A stretch of 64,000 bases of DNA, from the NCBI GenBank assembly GCA_041690295.1, contig JAWLHR010000016.1, positions 1-64,000 on the forward strand. The letters run 5' to 3'. The translations under genes and the position numbers were made by a program. The notes below the pieces were generated by a model. That model was not told where the DNA came from and ran no database searches. It saw only the letters and a list, made by a program, of their open reading frames with translations. This document shows positions 42,740-52,186 of this stretch, piece after piece (position 1 is the first letter of the stretch; each line of letters begins with the position of its first letter). This stretch comes from Bdellovibrionales bacterium (GTDB lineage: Bacteria; Bdellovibrionota; Bdellovibrionia; Bdellovibrionales; UBA1609).

Positions 42740-43687
42740 TCAGAATCTATACTTTACGATCAATTGCGCGGCCGCTTCTCCGCCAGCCCGCTCACCCATC
42801 GCGATCAAATCCTTTTTGGAATTAAACTTCACGATCGGATGAGCGCTTGTGTCGATATTGATCAAATCAATATTGTACTTAGCCGCATCGGCCAAAGAAC
42901 GTTTCACTTCCTGCCATAAAACCACATGGTTCAAATGATCCGACAACGAGTCCTGGGCCACGGGCATGGCCGACCCTAACACGTTGACGAATATAATGAC
43001 ATTGTAACCTTCCTTAACCAGGCGTTCGATGGCTTCAGTGGCTTGCGAAGCGCCCGCCAGGAATGTCCCTTGAGCTTTAAAAACCGGGGGATAGACCAAA
43101 CAGCGCTTGATCGCGTCGTTAAACGCGCCTTTGAACTGCCAGGTGACAACGCCCGTCCAAATCGAACGTGTGGGGCATTCGAATTTGACCTTGGACTGAC
43201 TGATATCCCCATTACCGAAGGATTCTTTTAAAAACGCGTTCATAACGTTGACGCTTTCCTCGCCAACACCTTTACTGCCGAAAAATCCTTTCGGATGGGG
43301 AAGATTCCGCTGCTCCATTTTGTACAGCTTCCACTCCACGTCATGCACTTGGCCGTTCAACGCGTACAATCCCCCGACCAAAGCGCCCCATTCAAGCCCA
43401 ACCACCTTGTGAATGGGCACGCGCCGCTGCTGGAGCGCCTTTAACACTCCCACATGGGCGAACGCTTTGGCTCCACCCGGCCCCAAAATCAAAGCCACTT
43501 TTCTTGGTTCATCGTCGGCCAACACTTCGGGCCCGGAGAAATCATCTTCCTTTTGGTCCGTCAGAACCGGTTTGGCGGGTTGCGGCCGTTTGGGAATTCC
43601 GGCTCGTTTCGGTTTGGTCGTTTGGCAGGCCGTTAAGAAAAGCAAATTAACCGCGAACAGCCCACACAAAATATTCCTGAGTGCCAT
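42740..43687 (-). CDS. Patatin-like lipoprotein, apparently catalytically degenerate
   Basis: Lipobox LTAC, LGPGGAKAFAHVGVL oxyanion motif; GxSxG site reads GLEWG. Confidence 0.75.
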   Translation of the reverse strand: MALRNILCGLFAVNLLFLTACQTTKPKRAGIPKRPQPAKPVLTDQKEDDFSGPEVLADDEPRKVALILGPGGAKAFAHVGVLKALQQRRVPIHKVVGLEWGALVGGLYALNGQVHDVEWKLYKMEQRNLPHPKGFFGSKGVGEESVNVMNAFLKESFGNGDISQSKVKFECPTRSIWTGVVTWQFKGAFNDAIKRCLVYPPVFKAQGTFLAGASQATEAIERLVKEGYNVIIFVNVLGSAMPVAQDSLSDHLNHVVLWQEVKRSLADAAKYNIDLINIDTSAHPIVKFNSKKDLIAMGERAGGEAAAQLIVKYRF

Positions 43688-44393
43688 CTTGCCCCTTTAC
43701 CCCGGACGGAAAGTAATCTTTCAAAGTGAAACCACAATTTGCCAAGGCGTGCAAGGTTCGGTTGCGGACACCTTCAATCATTTCGGGGCGAAGTTTTTGA
43801 CGACCAACTTCGAACTGCGGTTTCACTAAAGCCAAAAGCTCACCGCCGACCGGTAAAAGCGCTCCCAGAATGGGGAGCACCGCTTGTAAAGAAATAAAAG
43901 AGACATCAATGACACAAAGATCGACACCTTGATTCAACCACTCTTTAACTCGCGGGTCTTTTCCCATGTCCTTCACATTAAGTTCTTCAATCGCGGTTAA
44001 ACGCGGCTCGGATCGAAGCCGTTCGTGCAACTGGCCGCGCCCCACATCGATTCCCAAAACCGCCGATGCGCCGGATTGTAAAAGAAAATCGGAAAATCCC
44101 CCGGTCGAAATGCCGATGTCCAAACATCGGCGCCCACGCACTTGTAGTCCAATACGCTCGGCGGCCGCTTCCAGCTTCAATCCGCCGCGTGAAACGTAAC
44201 GAAGGACCGGCGTGCCCTCTTTAACGCGTACGTCTTCTGACCGAAGTCCCTCGGCATTGAATGAACGATCAGTGATCAACTGCCATTGGCCCGCCCGTTT
44301 CACTTCCACTTCACCGGCTGAAATCATGGCTTGCGCCTTGGTCCGCGAAGGCGCCATTCCCCATTCCACGAGAGCCGAATCCAGGCGTTTCAT
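43647..44393 (-). CDS. tlyA: TlyA family rRNA methyltransferase
   Basis: S4 domain, YVSRGGLKL, DIGISTGGF, DVSFISL, LVKPQFE. Confidence 0.95.
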   Translation of the reverse strand: MKRLDSALVEWGMAPSRTKAQAMISAGEVEVKRAGQWQLITDRSFNAEGLRSEDVRVKEGTPVLRYVSRGGLKLEAAAERIGLQVRGRRCLDIGISTGGFSDFLLQSGASAVLGIDVGRGQLHERLRSEPRLTAIEELNVKDMGKDPRVKEWLNQGVDLCVIDVSFISLQAVLPILGALLPVGGELLALVKPQFEVGRQKLRPEMIEGVRNRTLHALANCGFTLKDYFPSGVKGQDGTQEYFVWAVRG

Positions 44394-44397
44394 TCAC

Positions 44398-45237
44398 TCA
44401 AACCCGTTGCAGGTTTAATCGCACCATTTCACGCAAATCATCCGCGCTGTTTGGAAACCGGCCAAGGCATTCGATGGCCTGTTCACTGACCTCTTCGAGC
44501 TTGCGGCGGGTGCCATCAAGCCCAAGTCGGCTGACGTAATTCACTTTTTCGGGTCGATCCGGCGAGTGATCCTGAATGTCGTCAGCCAGTTGAAAAGCCA
44601 AGCCAAGCCTTTCGCCGAACTTTTCCAATGACGTTTGGCTATCCGCCGGGGCACCGAGCAGAACCGCCGTGCCCGAGACCGCGACCGCGATCAGCGCGCC
44701 GGTTTTACGTTTATGAATTTCATTCAACAAATTTTCCGAAGGATCATTGGCGGCGATGTCCAACGCCTGGCCACCCACCATGCCAATGGGTCCCGCGGCA
44801 CGTGAAAGCCTTCGAACGGCCTCGCCGATATTCTCGGATTTAGCCCCCGCCAGAACGCCAAAAGCACAAGTCAGCAAGGCATCTCCGGCCAACAGCGCCT
44901 GAGCCTCACCGTAGACTTTGTGATTGGTCGGCCGGCCGCGCCGAAAATCATCGTTATCCATACAGGGAAGGTCATCATGAATCAGGCTATAGGTGTGAAT
45001 CAGCTCGACCGCTAAAGCCATCGGCAAGGCCTGATCCATCGGCTTATCGAGCGCCTTCGCCGTCAAAAGAGAAAGCAGCGGCCGAAAGCGCTTTCCGCCC
45101 GAAAGCAGACTGTAGTTCAGACTCTCCCAAAATTTATTCAGCTCGGGCAAAGGGGCGGGAGTATCGTGAACGAACAATCGATCGAGGTGGCGCTCGATCA
45201 ACGTGAGTTCACTTTTGAATCGTTCTTCAAGTTTCAT
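44398..45237 (-). CDS. ispA: Farnesyl/geranyl diphosphate synthase
   Basis: GGKRFRP, SLIHDDLPCMD, RRGRPT, FQLADD. Confidence 0.95.
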   Translation of the reverse strand: MKLEERFKSELTLIERHLDRLFVHDTPAPLPELNKFWESLNYSLLSGGKRFRPLLSLLTAKALDKPMDQALPMALAVELIHTYSLIHDDLPCMDNDDFRRGRPTNHKVYGEAQALLAGDALLTCAFGVLAGAKSENIGEAVRRLSRAAGPIGMVGGQALDIAANDPSENLLNEIHKRKTGALIAVAVSGTAVLLGAPADSQTSLEKFGERLGLAFQLADDIQDHSPDRPEKVNYVSRLGLDGTRRKLEEVSEQAIECLGRFPNSADDLREMVRLNLQRV

Positions 45238-45454
45238 TTTTGATTTTAAAATCTTCGGTCACCGAGTTTCCATCGGCATCAACGGAAAGCAGGGTTTTCA
45301 CTTTCTGCTCGGCCTGGGAAAGCTGGGCGTTGCATTCGCGTGAAAGCTTGACGCCTTCTTCGAAAAACTTCAGGGAATCTTCAAGCGACAATTCGCCGGA
45401 TTCCATTTTCGCAACGATTTCTTCCAAACGCGAAAGCTTCTTCTCGAAATCCAT
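45227..45454 (-). CDS. xseB: Exodeoxyribonuclease VII small subunit
   Basis: FEKKLSRLEEIV...LSLEDSLKFFEEG. Confidence 0.95.
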   Translation of the reverse strand: MDFEKKLSRLEEIVAKMESGELSLEDSLKFFEEGVKLSRECNAQLSQAEQKVKTLLSVDADGNSVTEDFKIKNET

Positions 45455-45456
45455 AT

Positions 45457-46872
45457 TTACTCCTTAGACTCCACAATTTTATCCACACGGGCGCTGACTT
45501 GGCCCTTTGCGAAAGCAATATTCACTTGATCACCGACCACAAGCTGGCGCGCCGATTTGACCAGAGCTTCACCTTTGCGGACGATGGCATAGCCGCGTTC
45601 CAAAACCTTAAGCGGTGAGACGGCATCAAGCAAAGAACTAAACCGCGCCAATTGCGCCCGCTTTGATTCGAGGATGCGCTGGCAATGTCCTTCCAGTCGG
45701 GTTCGCGCCATGTCGACATCCTGGCGAAGACGCACAATCAGTTCTTGCGGCGAAGGCAGATGCGCCATCTGGAAAGCCACGGCACGGTGACGGTCGGCGA
45801 AGTAGCGAGTGATCGCCGCTTCCATACGCTGAGTCAGCTCATCACAACGAAGACTTAAATCTTGCAGCCGACGTTTGGGATCCACCAGTCGCTTGCCGGC
45901 GCTAAACACCCGATGGCGAAGCAATTGAATCGTGTGTGAAAGACTTTTCGCTAAACGCTTATCAAGAGTAAGTATGCGATCACAAATTTCGGCCGCGTTT
46001 CGGCACACCAACTCGGCCGCGGCACTGGGGGTCGGAGCGCGAAGGTCGGCCACGAAGTCGGCGATCGTAAAATCAATTTCATGCCCCACCGCTGAAATCA
46101 CCGGGACACGGCAACTGGCGATCGCGCGGGCCACGCGCTCATCATTGAAGCACCACATGTCCTCAATCGATCCGCCGCCACGGCCGACGATCAGTACGTC
46201 AACGTCATTCATTTTTTGCGCGAGCTGAATGCCTTTGACGATTGAAGCCGCCGCTCCATCCCCCTGCACCAGCGCCGGTACAACAGTCACTCTCAAACCT
46301 CGAAAGCGCCGACCAAGCACATTCAAAATGTCACGAATCGCGGCGCCCGTTGGTGAAGTCACGACCGCCACGTGTTTGGGCAAGCTGGGAATGGGCCGTT
46401 TGCGGGCCCGATCAAACAAACCTTCTTTTTCAAGTTTTTGTTTCAGCTGTTCGAAGGCGAGCTGCATGGCGCCCGCCCCTACGGGTTCCATCAGTTCGCA
46501 AAAAATCTGGTAGTTGCCACGCGGTTCATAAACCGTGATCTTCCCTCGGACAATGACCTCCATGCCATCGCGAGGCTTGAACTTGAGAGCTTGATTGAAC
46601 CCGCGAAACATGACCGCGTTGATCTGGGCTTTAGTGTCTTTCAAGCTGAAATAAAAGTGACCTGAGGTGTGGGCTTTGAAATTCGAGATTTCGCCCTTGA
46701 TCCACAGGATCTTAAATTTGCCTTCGAGGGTCGAGCGTATCGCCCGGTTGACGTCGGAAACCGACAAAACCTGAGGCTCATTCGCTTCGGGCTTTTGCTC
46801 ATCGCTGTCTATGGGGCGGCTCAGCGGCTTTTGACGTTCTGCAGCCTCAAAATCCAGACGCATCTGCTCCAT
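45457..46872 (-). CDS. xseA: Exodeoxyribonuclease VII large subunit
   Basis: SGHFYFSLKD, RGGGSIED, SAVGHEID, RAPTPSAAAE. Confidence 0.97.
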   Translation of the reverse strand: MEQMRLDFEAAERQKPLSRPIDSDEQKPEANEPQVLSVSDVNRAIRSTLEGKFKILWIKGEISNFKAHTSGHFYFSLKDTKAQINAVMFRGFNQALKFKPRDGMEVIVRGKITVYEPRGNYQIFCELMEPVGAGAMQLAFEQLKQKLEKEGLFDRARKRPIPSLPKHVAVVTSPTGAAIRDILNVLGRRFRGLRVTVVPALVQGDGAAASIVKGIQLAQKMNDVDVLIVGRGGGSIEDMWCFNDERVARAIASCRVPVISAVGHEIDFTIADFVADLRAPTPSAAAELVCRNAAEICDRILTLDKRLAKSLSHTIQLLRHRVFSAGKRLVDPKRRLQDLSLRCDELTQRMEAAITRYFADRHRAVAFQMAHLPSPQELIVRLRQDVDMARTRLEGHCQRILESKRAQLARFSSLLDAVSPLKVLERGYAIVRKGEALVKSARQLVVGDQVNIAFAKGQVSARVDKIVESKE

Positions 46873-46935
46873 AACCCGTAGAACTTAGTCGAACGGAGCC
46901 AAAACGCAAATGCTTACCGATTCCGCCGAGGCGCA

Positions 46936-47148
46936 CTAGAGCCAAAGATTTTGCACGGACCACAATCCGCCGACCACCAGACAAAGCAGCCCCAATCCAC
47001 GGTGGGCTTTAAGCTGTTGTCCGAGAGCCGGAGGAAGCCGGGTTTCGGCCAGTTCGGATAACGGCCGAAGATGCAGGACCAGAGTCATTATGGCGCCATA
47101 GGCGAAGACCAGAAAAGGAAAGAACAAGTCAAGTTTCTCGGGCGACAT
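46936..47148 (-). CDS. Small two-TM membrane protein
   Basis: 70 aa, two hydrophobic helices, same orientation as xseA. Confidence 0.55.
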   Translation of the reverse strand: MSPEKLDLFFPFLVFAYGAIMTLVLHLRPLSELAETRLPPALGQQLKAHRGLGLLCLVVGGLWSVQNLWL

Positions 47149-47270
47149 TCTCTCTTTTCGGCGCCGTTTCTCAGGTTGTTACAGGACGTAGTTCTATTTT
47201 TAAGGAAATCCGCTTCGGCACGCCTTTTGATGCCTGTGCCGGAACCCGGGCAATTGCTATTCTGGCCTCA

Positions 47271-47433
47271 GTTCTGTGGGCTGATGACAAAAGTAAACCC
47301 TACAAGAACAAAACAGGGGGCTGTCCCTGGCAATGGTGTGCAAGCTCACCTCTCGTAGTGAGAAGCCTGAAGTTGTCAACACGGTCACCCACCTTGAAGA
47401 AAACGGGTTTACTTGGATCACTCAGTCCCACAG
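47271..47433 (+). ncRNA. ssrS: Probable 6S RNA
   Basis: CTGTGGG-CTGA pairs with TCAG-T-CCCACAG and AAGTAAACCC with GGGTTTACTT around a central bubble; 6S-like GCCTGAA...CACCCACCTTGAA...GGGTT; followed by T7; extended -10 (TG-C-TATTCT) just upstream. Confidence 0.75.
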
Positions 47434-47539
47434 TTTTTTTCACAGGCACTTGGTCGGGCCGCCTTTTCCCAGCTTGATCTCTAGTCTATCCGCCAGTGGT
47501 CGCGCCGAACTTTTCTCCGCTACAATATAGAATAATTAA

Positions 47540-47554
47540 TGGCACCCCGGTTGC
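47540..47554 (+). promoter_or_regulatory. Sigma54 (-24/-12) promoter
   Basis: TGGCACCCCGGTTGC, a perfect TGGCAC-N5-TTGC, after an AT-rich tract and 47 bp before ATG 47601. Confidence 0.8.
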
Positions 47555-47600
47555 TCTTTATCTGACTTGAACGGCTCTCTTGAAGGAGGGTGGCTCGACA

Positions 47601-49373
47601 ATGTTTAAATTTGAGACACTTGTTAAGTGGGTTGTTTGCAGCTTGGTCTTGGTATCGTTTTCCGTGATCGCGGCCGATCGTGATGACGACGATGATCGCC
47701 GCAGCCGCAAAAGTGAAGTCAAAGAACGATTGGAAGGCGCCAAGGCCTATAAGGCGGAATGTGGTACACCGGACCTTAGAAAGAAGAACGGCGAAGAATA
47801 TTGCAACATGATCAAATCCGTTATTTACGACGGACGAGATGTGGGGGGTTGCGATTCCGCGAAAAAAGATTATATGGCGGCCGAAGGGGAATTCCGGAGT
47901 TCCTGTCTCGGCGGTATCCCAACTAGCGGCCCCGCGGGGAATATCGCCTGCGGTTACGCGATTGAGCGCTGTAAATGTAGCGGAATGTCGACCAGCGATC
48001 CCCAGTACGCAAAATTAAATTGTAACGAAGCCCCCACCGAAGTGGGCGGTTCTACTCCAATAGGACACTATGATATCCCCGCCGCTAAGCGACTCTTTAA
48101 ATTCTGCCCGGATTACGCCGCCGCCGATCTTAAAGAACTTGAGAAGGAATTTCGGGAAGCCAAAAAAGACCTGCGAGAGTTGGAAAAAAAGAGACCGGAA
48201 CTCCTGAGAAAGATCCAGCAAGCCAAGGAGCAGGGGCTTGAGAAAATGAACCAAGCCAAGAAGGCCATGGCCGAGGCCGCCAAACAGCGCCGGGAAAAAA
48301 TCACCGAGGCTAAACGTCAGCACCGTCAAGCGCAGAATCAATTGATGGATCGATTGGCGCAACTGCAAGAAGAATTGCTGAAAAACGACGAAGGCCGCAC
48401 TGAAGTTGCATTGAGCCGCCATGAAGCCAAAATCGTCCGCGATCAAGACATCACCGCGGTGAGAATGAACTGTCACGCGACGGCCACGGCTCAAGTCACG
48501 AAGCTGCAAGCGGAACGACTCGAGTTGGAACGCAATCGCAGTTACAATCGCGGCGGGTTCACCGCCATGCTCAAGGAAATCGGAGTTTCGGACCGGGAAG
48601 CTTGGCAGAAAGTGGCCAAGAAATATTACGACTGGTGCTTACAAAGCACACCGACGCGGGAGTCGATCAAAGCCGCGAATCAGAAATACAAACAGACTTT
48701 AAAAAGGGCCGACGAATCCGAACGCAAAATCGACAATCGTCGTAAGGAGATTTTGGCCCAGATGAACCGGATTAAAAATAACCAAGCCTGTAACACGGCG
48801 GCCTCAGGTACGTCTCCCACCGGTGAAAGCGCCGAGACCGAATTGTGCCAAGCCTTCCGCGAAGCGATGGAAACCGGCAAACAAGCCGAAGCCGATTATC
48901 AAATCGATGTTGAAAACGCCCGAGGAGAATACATCGCGGGGATGAATAGCGCGGCCGCAAGTGAGGCCATCAGTCAGCAAGAATTGCAAATGTTGACCAA
49001 TGAAATCGCTGAAGAGAAGGCCCGGCTCGACAACCTCAGGGAGTACCTCGCTTTGAAAAAACAAAATGCCCCGGGCGGTTCCATGGAAGGAAAAGATGTG
49101 CAGGAAGCCCGAGTCAAACATGGACTAATGGTCGGCAAAGCCAAAGCGCTCTTTGCGTGTAACACCAGGGACGAATGTTCGGCGGATGGGGTTTGCCGAC
49201 AGGCCTGGAATTATGTTGAAAAGGTTATTGGTCACGAGGTCTCATTCAAGAATGAGACCTCTTCCGACGTCCGTCCGGCAAGTCGTGGCGGATCCGATGG
49301 AACCGGAGGCGACTCCAGTCCTCCCACAATGCCCAGGTATCCTCGCAACCATTCCGGTGGCGGAATGAAATAA
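47601..49373 (+). CDS. Secreted Cys-rich, long coiled-coil hypothetical protein
   Basis: Signal peptide, Cys clusters at both ends, K/E/Q/A-rich heptads; AAGGAGG SD. Confidence 0.8.
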   Translation: MFKFETLVKWVVCSLVLVSFSVIAADRDDDDDRRSRKSEVKERLEGAKAYKAECGTPDLRKKNGEEYCNMIKSVIYDGRDVGGCDSAKKDYMAAEGEFRSSCLGGIPTSGPAGNIACGYAIERCKCSGMSTSDPQYAKLNCNEAPTEVGGSTPIGHYDIPAAKRLFKFCPDYAAADLKELEKEFREAKKDLRELEKKRPELLRKIQQAKEQGLEKMNQAKKAMAEAAKQRREKITEAKRQHRQAQNQLMDRLAQLQEELLKNDEGRTEVALSRHEAKIVRDQDITAVRMNCHATATAQVTKLQAERLELERNRSYNRGGFTAMLKEIGVSDREAWQKVAKKYYDWCLQSTPTRESIKAANQKYKQTLKRADESERKIDNRRKEILAQMNRIKNNQACNTAASGTSPTGESAETELCQAFREAMETGKQAEADYQIDVENARGEYIAGMNSAAASEAISQQELQMLTNEIAEEKARLDNLREYLALKKQNAPGGSMEGKDVQEARVKHGLMVGKAKALFACNTRDECSADGVCRQAWNYVEKVIGHEVSFKNETSSDVRPASRGGSDGTGGDSSPPTMPRYPRNHSGGGMK

Positions 49374-49489
49374 AACTTTAGCGGCACCAACGCGCGGTGC
49401 CGCATCCCTCGTGTGACTACCCTCACAAACACATCTTCAATATAATTAAATGTTCGTTACGGACGACCTCTTTAATCCGCCTCTAGGGA

Positions 49490-52186
49490 GTGCTTGTGAA
49501 ACGCAAACTACTGCTCATTTCGGGAATCTTAATGTTGGTCATGGCCGCCGGCGTGACCGCATTGGTGGCCAAATACAACTCCGAATTGCCCGACATGATC
49601 GAACTCGCCCAATACAAGCCGCTGCTCGTGACCGAGGTGTTCGATCGTAACAATAAAAAATTCGGCGAGTTCTTTCGTGAAAAAAGAATTCTTACTCCTT
49701 ACGAGAAAATTCCTGAGCACCTGATTCAAGCCTTCATCGCCGCCGAGGACGACACTTTCTTTAAGCACGAAGGGATTAATTTTCTGGCGATCGCCCGCGC
49801 GTTCTGGGCCAATCTCCGCTCCGGTAAAAAAGCGCAAGGCGGATCGACCATCACCCAACAGGTGGCGCGATCTCTTCTTTTGAGTAGCGAAAAAACCTAC
49901 ACACGGAAAATCAAAGAAATCATGCTCGCGCGAAAGATGGAACAGAGTCTTCGCAAAGAGGATATTTTATACCTCTACTTGAACCAGATTTATCTTGGCC
50001 AAGGGGCGCACGGGGTGGGTGCAGCCGCGCAGGTTTATTTTCGTAAAGATGTATCCGAGCTGACGATTCCTGAAGCCGCGATTCTCGCCGGATTACCCCA
50101 GGCTCCGAGTCGTTACTCCCCGATTCACAATCCTTCGGCGGCTAAGGAACGGCAAAAGTACGTGATCCGCCGAATGGCGGAAGTTGGATTTATCACTCAG
50201 GAACAGGCCGAGCAGTTCATTAATGAACCCGTCAAGCTCTATGTCTGGCAAAACTTCAAGGAGATCGCCCCTTATTACCTGGAAACCGTACGCCAGCTTT
50301 TGGTTGCGGAAGTGGGTGAGGAAAATGTCCTGGATAAAGGAATCAAAGTTTATACCGGAATGGATCTGGAGCAGCAGCTCAAGGCACAGGCCGAAGTGCA
50401 GCAAGGCCTTCGTAATTTGGACAAGCGCCAAGGTTATAGGGGCCCGCTCAGGAATTTGACTGAGCCGGAAAAGGTGGCGGAGTTCCTCCTTGAGTCGCGC
50501 AACAAAATGATGGACGACGCTTCACCCGAGCGGATCTTGAAGCCCGATGGAACTTTTGATCCACGAGGCCCGCTCAATCTGACGGGCAAAGATGAGAGCG
50601 GGGAAAAGCTGCCCGTCTTACCGGACTACATCAAGCCGGGACAAATCGTTGAAGGTGTGGTCACCCGGGTCGATGATGAAGCCGGTTTAACCTATGTCCG
50701 CTTCGGTGAGCACAAGGGTCTTATCGATATCGACACCATGAGATGGGCGCGTAAGCCCGATCCCAATGTTCGACCGGAACACGCCGAGATTAAAAAACCG
50801 TCGGAAGCCCTGAAGGTGGGTGATGTCATTCAAGTGAAAATCGTCGGGACGGAATCCAAATCCGAAAGGATCAAGGACCTCATTAACGGTGAGATCGCCG
50901 ACAAAAACGATCCGAAAAAGAAAATTAAACTTAAAAAGAAACCCAAGCTGGAACTTCCCAATTTTGAAGAGTTCGCCGCGGTCGAACTTGAACAGGATCC
51001 CTTGGTGGAAGGCGCGTTGATCGCCATGGATCAATCCAATCAGGATCTCTTGGCGCTCGTCGGAGGATACGATTTCGTTCGTTCAAAATTCAATCGGGCG
51101 TTGCAGGCCGCGCGCCAAACCGGTTCCGCCTTCAAGGCCCTCGTCTATCTGGCGGCCCTTGATAAAGGCTATACACCAGCGACCCCCATCATCGACGCTC
51201 CCATTGTCTATGACGAAGTGGTCGAAGAGGGACAAGATGTTGAGGTCAAAACATGGCGGCCGAAAAATCACTCCAACAAGTTCGCGGGCGATATTTTATT
51301 CCGAAATGCTTTGATCAAGTCTCTGAACGTCCCCACTGTGAAAATCATCGAAAAAATCGGTGTGGATTATGCCGCAACCTATGCGCGCCGGCTGGGCATC
51401 TTTAGCCCATTGAACATGGATTTCACCCTGGCCCTGGGTTCAAGCGGTGTCACGCTTTATGAGATGACCCGTGCCTTCGGAATTATCGGGCGAAACGGCA
51501 AACGGTTATCGCCGGTCGTGATTCGCAAAGTGCTCGATGCCAATGGCGTGGAAATCGCCAAAAACATCACCATTGATCACCGGTTCAAGACTGAGCTTTC
51601 CCGAATTGAAGAGGATTTCGAACAACGCCGGCAAGCTTATTTGAAATCTTCGGATGAATCATCCAAAGAGCCACCCATATTTTTCCCGGAACAAGACCAG
51701 CTGATCCGGCCCGCCACCGCCTATGTGCTCACCACGATCTTGCAAGGCGTGATTGATGAAGCCGGCGGCACGGGGGGAGCGGCTCGCGCTTTGGGCCGGC
51801 CCGTGGCCGGTAAAACGGGCTCCACCAATGGTTATTACGATGCCTGGTTTGTGGGGTACACACCCGATATCGTGGCCGGCGTCTGGGTGGGATTTGACGA
51901 AGAGAAGTCGATTGGGCGCGGCGAGGTCGGCGGTAAAGCCGCTCTACCAATTTGGTTGGAGTACATGAAGTTCGCCCACGAGAAGATCGTCCCTCGCGGT
52001 TTTCCCGTTCCTGACGGTATTGTCTTCGCAAACATTGACAACGAGACCGGTCGTTTGGTCTCCTCGCGCTCTAAGGCTGTCGTGCGTCAGGCGTTCCTGG
52101 ATGGAACCGAGCCAGGTTCTCAAGGATCCGCTGAAGCATCCAAGGACGAGGACAGCAGCTTCTTGAAAGAGGAAATGAGCGAATGA
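49490..52186 (+). CDS. mrcA: Class A penicillin-binding protein 1A
   Basis: EDDTFFKHEG, GGSTITQQ, RKIKE; transpeptidase SAFK, SLN, KTG. Confidence 0.95.
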   Translation: MLVKRKLLLISGILMLVMAAGVTALVAKYNSELPDMIELAQYKPLLVTEVFDRNNKKFGEFFREKRILTPYEKIPEHLIQAFIAAEDDTFFKHEGINFLAIARAFWANLRSGKKAQGGSTITQQVARSLLLSSEKTYTRKIKEIMLARKMEQSLRKEDILYLYLNQIYLGQGAHGVGAAAQVYFRKDVSELTIPEAAILAGLPQAPSRYSPIHNPSAAKERQKYVIRRMAEVGFITQEQAEQFINEPVKLYVWQNFKEIAPYYLETVRQLLVAEVGEENVLDKGIKVYTGMDLEQQLKAQAEVQQGLRNLDKRQGYRGPLRNLTEPEKVAEFLLESRNKMMDDASPERILKPDGTFDPRGPLNLTGKDESGEKLPVLPDYIKPGQIVEGVVTRVDDEAGLTYVRFGEHKGLIDIDTMRWARKPDPNVRPEHAEIKKPSEALKVGDVIQVKIVGTESKSERIKDLINGEIADKNDPKKKIKLKKKPKLELPNFEEFAAVELEQDPLVEGALIAMDQSNQDLLALVGGYDFVRSKFNRALQAARQTGSAFKALVYLAALDKGYTPATPIIDAPIVYDEVVEEGQDVEVKTWRPKNHSNKFAGDILFRNALIKSLNVPTVKIIEKIGVDYAATYARRLGIFSPLNMDFTLALGSSGVTLYEMTRAFGIIGRNGKRLSPVVIRKVLDANGVEIAKNITIDHRFKTELSRIEEDFEQRRQAYLKSSDESSKEPPIFFPEQDQLIRPATAYVLTTILQGVIDEAGGTGGAARALGRPVAGKTGSTNGYYDAWFVGYTPDIVAGVWVGFDEEKSIGRGEVGGKAALPIWLEYMKFAHEKIVPRGFPVPDGIVFANIDNETGRLVSSRSKAVVRQAFLDGTEPGSQGSAEASKDEDSSFLKEEMSE

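Noticed and set aside
47071..47530. ORFs 47071-47358 and 47333-47530
   Set aside because: Overlap the 6S-like RNA and promoter elements; no coding signature
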